This document shows, piece by piece, positions 58,268 to 64,000 of a DNA stretch of 64,000 nt. Both the position numbers and the translations under genes were made by a program. Position 1 is the first letter of the stretch. Each line of letters starts with the position of its first letter. Location of the stretch: assembly GCA_030595795.1 (NCBI GenBank), contig JAUVCH010000004.1, forward strand, positions 4,502-68,501, given 5' to 3'. Source of the stretch: Gammaproteobacteria bacterium (GTDB lineage: Bacteria; Pseudomonadota; Gammaproteobacteria; GCA-001735895). A model generated the notes under the pieces. The model was not told the DNA's origin. It did no database searches and was given only the letters and a program-made list of their open reading frames with translations.

Positions 58268-61200
58268 GTCTACTAAGCAACCATCATTAGAAAACCGTAT
58301 TCTACATCAGTGTCGATCTATCGACCGAGGGAGATTGCTCGGATTATTAAAAAAATCACCGCAGGCTAATCAAAAAACGAGGTTGCTGGCAGCGCTCGAG
58401 CAATCCACCGACCTTGTCGATTTACGCGCCGAGAAAAGGCCACAAGCTAATTTTAATACTGAACTGCCGTTCATTAATCATAGGGAAGAACTTGCGGAAG
58501 CAATTTCGAAGCATCAGGTCGTCATCGTCTGTGGCGAAACCGGCTCAGGCAAAACCACGCAGTTACCACAGTTGTGTCTCGATATGGGGTTGGCAGATAG
58601 AGGCTTAATCGGCCATACCCAGCCGCGCCGAATTGCCGCGCAGTCGGTCTCCAGCCGCATTGCTGAAGAATTGAAAACTGAGGTTGGTGCTGCGGTAGGC
58701 TATAAAATTAGATTTCAGGATCGAACCAGTGATTCGGCATATATTAAATTAATGACTGACGGCATTTTGCTCGCCGAGACCCAAAACGACCGATGGTTAA
58801 GCCCATATTCAACTATCATCATCGACGAGGCCCACGAACGCAGTCTCAATATCGACTTACTTTTGGGCTATATCAAACAACTATTACCTCGGCGGCCCGA
58901 TCTCAAATTAATCGTGACTTCGGCAACCATCGACCCACAACGCTTCGCCCGATATTTTAACAACGCACCAGTGCTGAATATCAGTGGCCGAACCTACCCG
59001 GTCGAAATGCGCTATCGACCACCTGCCGAAGATGATCGCGATAATTTGCAACTACTCGCAGATGCGGTAGACGAACTCGATAGCGTCGCACGCGAAGATA
59101 TCCTGGTATTTTTCCCGGGTGAGCAACAAATACGAGATGCAGCAGAGAAGCTCGGCAAGACTCATTCGCGCGATTACGACATTCTGCCACTATACTCACG
59201 ACTCAGTTCCGCCGAACAGAAGAAAATATTCCAGCCGCACCAGAAACGGCGCATCGTGCTAGCGACTAATGTCGCCGAGACTTCACTCACCGTGCCGGGC
59301 ATTCGTTATGTAATCGATACCGGGCTTGCGCGAATATCACGCTATTCCTGGCGCGCACGGATACAGCGCCTGCCGATCGAAAAAATCTCTCAGGCCTCGG
59401 CTAACCAACGTAGCGGTCGATGTGGACGACTCGCCCCAGGGGTTTGCATTCGGCTCTACGATGAAGAAGACTTCAATTCGCGGGACGAATTTACCGAGGC
59501 TGAAATACTACGGAGCAACCTGGCTTCGGTTATCTTGCAAATGAATGACTTGAACCTCGGTTCAATCCACGAATTTGAGTTTATCGAGAGCCCAGACAGT
59601 CGATTAATCAACGACGGCTACCGTCTGCTATACGAATTACGCGCAACCGACAAGGATGACCGTATTTTAAAGCACGGCCATCAATTGGCCAGAATACCGG
59701 TGGATCCTCGCCTGGCGCATATGCTGGTTCGCGCCGGTGAGCTTCACTGCCTGAGTGAAATGCTAATTATTGTTAGCGCCCTGTCGATTCAGGACCCGCG
59801 TAGTGCCTCCAACGAGAACCGGCAGGCAGCCAATGAAAAATACAAAGTCTGGCAGCACGAAAGCTCCGACTTTATGTTCTGGGTATCGCTGTGGCGGGGT
59901 CTAAACGAACAAAAGTTTGAGCTTAGCCGCAATCATTTTTCACGCTGGTGTCGAAAACATTTCCTCTCCTACCCACGGCTACGCGAGTGGCAGGACATTT
60001 ATCAACAACTAAAACAGCAGCTCAAGGAGCTCGGCTATAAATTCAACAGCACTGCTGCCGACCCGGACAGTATCCATCGCGCCATCTTCAGCGGTATCCC
60101 CAGTCACATCGCGAGCTTTGACAAGGAAAAACAGTTTCAGGGAACTCGCGGCAGGCAGCTGATGATTTTCCCCGGCTCTTCGTTGGCAAAAGAAACCCCT
60201 AAGTGGATGATGGCATTCTCGTTAATCGAAACCAGTCGCCTGTTTGCGCATGGTGTCGCACGGTTTAACCCGCAGTGGGCCATGCAGGACGCCAGTCACC
60301 TGCATCAATACGAATATTACGAACCCCACTGGCAGGCCCGACAGGGGCGTGTCGCCGCATTCAGGAATACGCGAATTTATGGGCTTTTAGTCGAAGGTGG
60401 CAAGCGCGTTAATTTTTCATCCATCGACACTAAACAGTCGCGGCAGATTTTCATTCAGAGCGCTTTAGTCGAAGGTGAATATCGCAGCCGAATCGAAGTC
60501 ATTAATGCCAATCGAAAACTCATCGAACATTACCAACAACAGGAAGACAAGTACCGTCGCCGCGATATCCTCATCAGCGACCGGCTATTGTACGAATTTT
60601 ACGATGCTCGTTTACCGCCCGAAGCAGTCGATGCCACGAGCTTCGAAACCTGGATCAAAAAACAGCCCCCCGACCAGATAAACGAACTTCGTTTTCTTTC
60701 GATAGACATTGCCGACCCATCGATAGACGAAGAGAAACGGTCTGGTTATCCAGAGCAAATTGATGTTCACGGTCAAAACCTGAAGCTCGACTATCTTTTC
60801 GAACCGGGGAATGAATTTGACGGCGTTACTGCTAGCATTCCATTATTGTTACTTAACCAGGTTTCCGATCAGGACTTCGAATGTCTCGTACCCGGTTTGT
60901 TGGAAGAGAAGGTGGAATCTTTAATCCGTAGCCTGCCACGAAAGCTGCGTAAAAACTTTGTGCCGGTGAATGAGTTTGCCAACGCCTGTCTGGAACGCAT
61001 GGACTCGGATACCGACCTCTTAACCTCGTTGCAGAAATCGTTATTGGCAATGACCGGCATCAACGCCTCCCTTTCAGAATGGAACCCTGCTTCACTCGAT
61101 ACGCATTTGCAAATGCACTATGCACTTTACGATGATCAGGATTGTATCGCACAGTCGCATAGCATTGATTCGCTACAACAACAGTACGGCAAGCAGGCGC

Positions 61201-62087
61201 GTGAGCAATTTGATCATCAGATTCAAAACGATGACTCGATTGCCCGCAGTGATCTGCTCGACTGGGATTTTGAATCTCTGCCCGAATCTATCACTATCAA
61301 ACAAAGCGGACAGGCTATACGCGCCTACCCGGCACTGGTCGATTATGAAGACTCGGTTTCTATCGAGTTATTCGAAACACAAATCGAAGCCGAGTTCTAT
61401 CACGGTACTGGTATTGCCCGGCTATTTTATCTGCAACTGAGTGACAGCATTAAATACCTTAAGAAACAACTTCCACAATTACAGGACAGCGCCTTGATGT
61501 ACGTCGCTCTCGGTACTAAAAATGAACTGACTGAAGACATTCTCGTGTCGGCTGTTCATCGATGTTTCCTTGAACAGTTGCCCACCTCTCGACAGCAATT
61601 TTCTGATGCTTTCGAGCGAAATAGAAAACTATTCGTTGATAGCGCTAATCAACTGGCGGAACTGGTCTACCGTATTTTATCATTGCGACAGGAAGTAAGA
61701 GCCGCACTCAAGCATTCACACCAGGATATCGAAACCCAGTTAGAAGGTTTAATCTACCCTGGTTTTATTCGTGATATCGAAACCTCACAACTCGCTCGCT
61801 TACCAGCCTATCTACAAGGCATACTGAAACGCCTGAGTAGCGATAAATCGTCAACCCAGCGCATAGAAAATCAGCTAGAATCTATCCAGGGCTATCAGCA
61901 ACAATACCTTCGATTTTACGAAGTAAGCGATTATGATTACAAAAAGCTCGACGACCTCCGCTGGATGATCGAAGAATTCAGAATTGCCTGTTTTGCCCAA
62001 CCGATGAAAACACGGATACCAGTGTCGGAAAAAAAGATCGAAAAGTTAATTGCTACTATCCAGTCAACCCGCCAAACTCTGAGGTAA
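58266..62087 (+). CDS. hrpA: ATP-dependent RNA helicase HrpA (DEAH-box)
   Basis: Walker A GETGSGKTTQ, DEAH (IIDEAHERS), HA2 and OB domains, and the long C-terminal extension typical of HrpA (1273 aa). Confidence 0.95.
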   Translation: MSTKQPSLENRILHQCRSIDRGRLLGLLKKSPQANQKTRLLAALEQSTDLVDLRAEKRPQANFNTELPFINHREELAEAISKHQVVIVCGETGSGKTTQLPQLCLDMGLADRGLIGHTQPRRIAAQSVSSRIAEELKTEVGAAVGYKIRFQDRTSDSAYIKLMTDGILLAETQNDRWLSPYSTIIIDEAHERSLNIDLLLGYIKQLLPRRPDLKLIVTSATIDPQRFARYFNNAPVLNISGRTYPVEMRYRPPAEDDRDNLQLLADAVDELDSVAREDILVFFPGEQQIRDAAEKLGKTHSRDYDILPLYSRLSSAEQKKIFQPHQKRRIVLATNVAETSLTVPGIRYVIDTGLARISRYSWRARIQRLPIEKISQASANQRSGRCGRLAPGVCIRLYDEEDFNSRDEFTEAEILRSNLASVILQMNDLNLGSIHEFEFIESPDSRLINDGYRLLYELRATDKDDRILKHGHQLARIPVDPRLAHMLVRAGELHCLSEMLIIVSALSIQDPRSASNENRQAANEKYKVWQHESSDFMFWVSLWRGLNEQKFELSRNHFSRWCRKHFLSYPRLREWQDIYQQLKQQLKELGYKFNSTAADPDSIHRAIFSGIPSHIASFDKEKQFQGTRGRQLMIFPGSSLAKETPKWMMAFSLIETSRLFAHGVARFNPQWAMQDASHLHQYEYYEPHWQARQGRVAAFRNTRIYGLLVEGGKRVNFSSIDTKQSRQIFIQSALVEGEYRSRIEVINANRKLIEHYQQQEDKYRRRDILISDRLLYEFYDARLPPEAVDATSFETWIKKQPPDQINELRFLSIDIADPSIDEEKRSGYPEQIDVHGQNLKLDYLFEPGNEFDGVTASIPLLLLNQVSDQDFECLVPGLLEEKVESLIRSLPRKLRKNFVPVNEFANACLERMDSDTDLLTSLQKSLLAMTGINASLSEWNPASLDTHLQMHYALYDDQDCIAQSHSIDSLQQQYGKQAREQFDHQIQNDDSIARSDLLDWDFESLPESITIKQSGQAIRAYPALVDYEDSVSIELFETQIEAEFYHGTGIARLFYLQLSDSIKYLKKQLPQLQDSALMYVALGTKNELTEDILVSAVHRCFLEQLPTSRQQFSDAFERNRKLFVDSANQLAELVYRILSLRQEVRAALKHSHQDIETQLEGLIYPGFIRDIETSQLARLPAYLQGILKRLSSDKSSTQRIENQLESIQGYQQQYLRFYEVSDYDYKKLDDLRWMIEEFRIACFAQPMKTRIPVSEKKIEKLIATIQSTRQTLR

Positions 62088-62090
62088 CCG

Positions 62091-63092
62091 ATGACATCTA
62101 TTGAACTACGCTATCTCAGTGGGCTAGATATTAAAGCACTGGAAATGACCGATAGTGAAATCCTCGCAGCAATCGAAGATAGTCTACGCGCACAGGGAAA
62201 TAACGAAACAGTGATCGAGCCGCGCATGCATTTAATCCCTGATGCCAGCGTCGATGGCCATTTCAACGTGCTACGTGGCTATATCGGCCCGAGTAATGTC
62301 GCCGGGGTGAAGATCGTCGGCGATTATCACAATAACTATCAACAGGGATTGCCATCAGAGTTTGCGCTGTTAAATTTATTCGACGGCAAAACCGGTCAAC
62401 CTAAAGCCATCCTCGACGCAACCGCAATCACCGAAATGCGAACAGGTGCCATCACCGCCCTCGGCGCGAAATATCTGGCACCCTCTAAACCGAAAATACT
62501 GGGCCATATCGGCGCCCGTGGCACTGCTTACTGGAATGTGAAACTACTCGATCATCTTTTTGATTTTGAGGAAATCCGCATCCACTCACGACGTCCAGAA
62601 AGCCGCGATGCTTTTGCGAAACAACTCGAAAAAGATCTCGGCAAACCCATCAGGGTTACCGATAACTGGCAGGATTGCCTCGATGGCGCCGATATCCTCG
62701 TCGAAGCATCGAGATTAACCGAACCCACCCCTTTGTTTAAATCCAGCTGGATCAAACCCGGTACATTGGTAATACCCTACGGTACCATGAGCACTGTAGA
62801 AGACGATATTATCGAACACATGGACAAGATCGTTGTCGATGACTGGGGCCAATGTCTGATCGGGCCTTTCGGGTGTCTGCGCCGACATGTTGATTCAGGA
62901 CAGATCACTCAGCAAAGTATCCATGGTGAACTCGGCGAAATTGTAGCAGGTAGAAAACCAGGCCGCGAAAACCATGATGAAACCTGTTTGTTCTGGCATC
63001 GCGGTTTATCCACCTCAGATATAGCCCTTGGTGCGGCGATGCTGGAAAAAGCCGATCGGCTTGGTATTGGCCACCGGTTACCTTACGCATGA
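62091..63092 (+). CDS. Ornithine cyclodeaminase/mu-crystallin family protein
   Basis: OCD-family Rossmann region (…ILGHIGARGTAYWN…) at about 333 aa. Confidence 0.8.
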   Translation: MTSIELRYLSGLDIKALEMTDSEILAAIEDSLRAQGNNETVIEPRMHLIPDASVDGHFNVLRGYIGPSNVAGVKIVGDYHNNYQQGLPSEFALLNLFDGKTGQPKAILDATAITEMRTGAITALGAKYLAPSKPKILGHIGARGTAYWNVKLLDHLFDFEEIRIHSRRPESRDAFAKQLEKDLGKPIRVTDNWQDCLDGADILVEASRLTEPTPLFKSSWIKPGTLVIPYGTMSTVEDDIIEHMDKIVVDDWGQCLIGPFGCLRRHVDSGQITQQSIHGELGEIVAGRKPGRENHDETCLFWHRGLSTSDIALGAAMLEKADRLGIGHRLPYA

Positions 63093-64000
63093 TTACGCTC
63101 TCCACCCCCGCCGATAACACTTCAATGCTGACACCGCAGGGAGAATTCAAACTCGAGCGTGTTCCACCTAACCCGCAACTTCAGGCCTGGGATGCAGCCG
63201 ATCAGTATTTGTTAAAACAGATAGACGAGTTGCAAGCTCTTACCCAGCAATCCCGATTACTATTGGTAAACGATAATTTCGGTGCCTTGAGCGTTGCACT
63301 TGCAGACTACCATCCTGTCATGGTGAACGACTCTTTCCTTTCTCAACTAGCCCTGTCCAGTAACTTGCAACTCAATGGTTACGAATCCGACCTGGTAACA
63401 TTCAATAATAGCCTCCAGTTACCCAGCGTCAAATTCGATATCATCCTGATCAAGATCCCGAAATCTCAGGCCTTACTCAAACATCAATTATACTCCCTGC
63501 GTGAACTAATCGGTTCCGAAACTCGGATCATCGCCGCGGGTATGAGCCGTTCCATACACAGTTCTACACTTAAGCTATTTGAGTCCATACTTGGGCCGAC
63601 AACGACGTCACTGGCGTGGAAAAAATCCCGCCTGATTTACGTCGCCAGAGATCAATCCATGAATCAGGGCCAGAGTCCATATCCGGATTACTTCACTGTT
63701 GAAACTGACCGCGAATTTAGCCTCTGTAATCACGCAAATCTCTTTAGCCGCGAAAAACTCGATAACGGTAGCCGACTGGTTATCGAATACATGCCGGTAT
63801 CAGAACATTACCAGCGTATCATCGACCTGGGCTGCGGTAACGGCATTCTTGGTCTGATCGCTGCCTCGGTAAACCCCAAAGCAGAATTATTGTTTGTCGA
63901 CGAATCATATATGGCAGTTGAAAGCGCGCGAATCAATTTTGAAGCTGCTTTCGGCCAGGAACGGGTAGCGGAGTTCACCGTCACCAACTGTTTGCAGGGT
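63090..64000 (+). CDS. rRNA (guanine-N2) methyltransferase, RlmG/RsmC-like; 3'-truncated by the window end
   Basis: ATG overlaps the preceding stop. Tandem methyltransferase-like domains with …IIDLGCGNGILGL… motif I. Confidence 0.65.

Overview
This window is about 64 kb of a gammaproteobacterial chromosome at roughly 50% GC. The conserved backbone has Pseudomonas-like gene order: argH next to algZ-algR-hemC-hemD-hemX-hemY, lysA-dapF-(DUF484)-xerC, hslVU-(DUF971)-ubiE-ubiJ-ubiB, argS-(SPOR), and hrpA. Several accessory insertions break up that backbone. (1) Around 6.1-7.35 kb a low-GC islet carries a T4-lysozyme-like (GH24/pesticin-type) muramidase with no secretion signal, translationally coupled to a lipoprotein; this looks like an orphan effector/immunity pair. 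(2) Between xerC and hslV (28.4-30.3 kb) sits a toxin-antitoxin islet: dinJ with an internally deleted yafQ, plus vapBC. (3) A complete 2-aminoethylphosphonate degradation cluster (phnW, a LysR regulator, phnA, phnY) is followed by a PIN/HTH toxin-antitoxin-like pair. That pair is flanked by a diverged duplicate of the phnY 3' end, which is a recombination scar. (4) A creatinase gene stands alone. (5) The region I consider most interesting is a low-GC island at about 47.8-56.4 kb, bounded by mazEF and an IS91-family transposase remnant. It encodes an ApbE-family FAD:protein FMN transferase lipoprotein, divergently adjacent to a 960-aa secreted cadherin-like repeat protein. That protein carries a DGMTGAT flavinylation-type motif near its mature N-terminus and a C-terminal tail of the form GG...Cys / TM helix / basic cluster. 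Immediately downstream are a CPBP (CAAX-type) intramembrane protease and a periplasmic ankyrin-repeat::cytochrome c fusion. I read this as a candidate extracytoplasmic flavoprotein/sorting/redox module, but that is inference. The window also contains several decayed gene fragments (cNMP-binding regulator, DUF1254, AAA ATPase) and a rhodanese gene with an in-frame amber codon. All protein family calls are from motif recognition by eye; I ran no database searches. Coordinates I derived myself (not taken from the ORF track) may be off by one or two bases.
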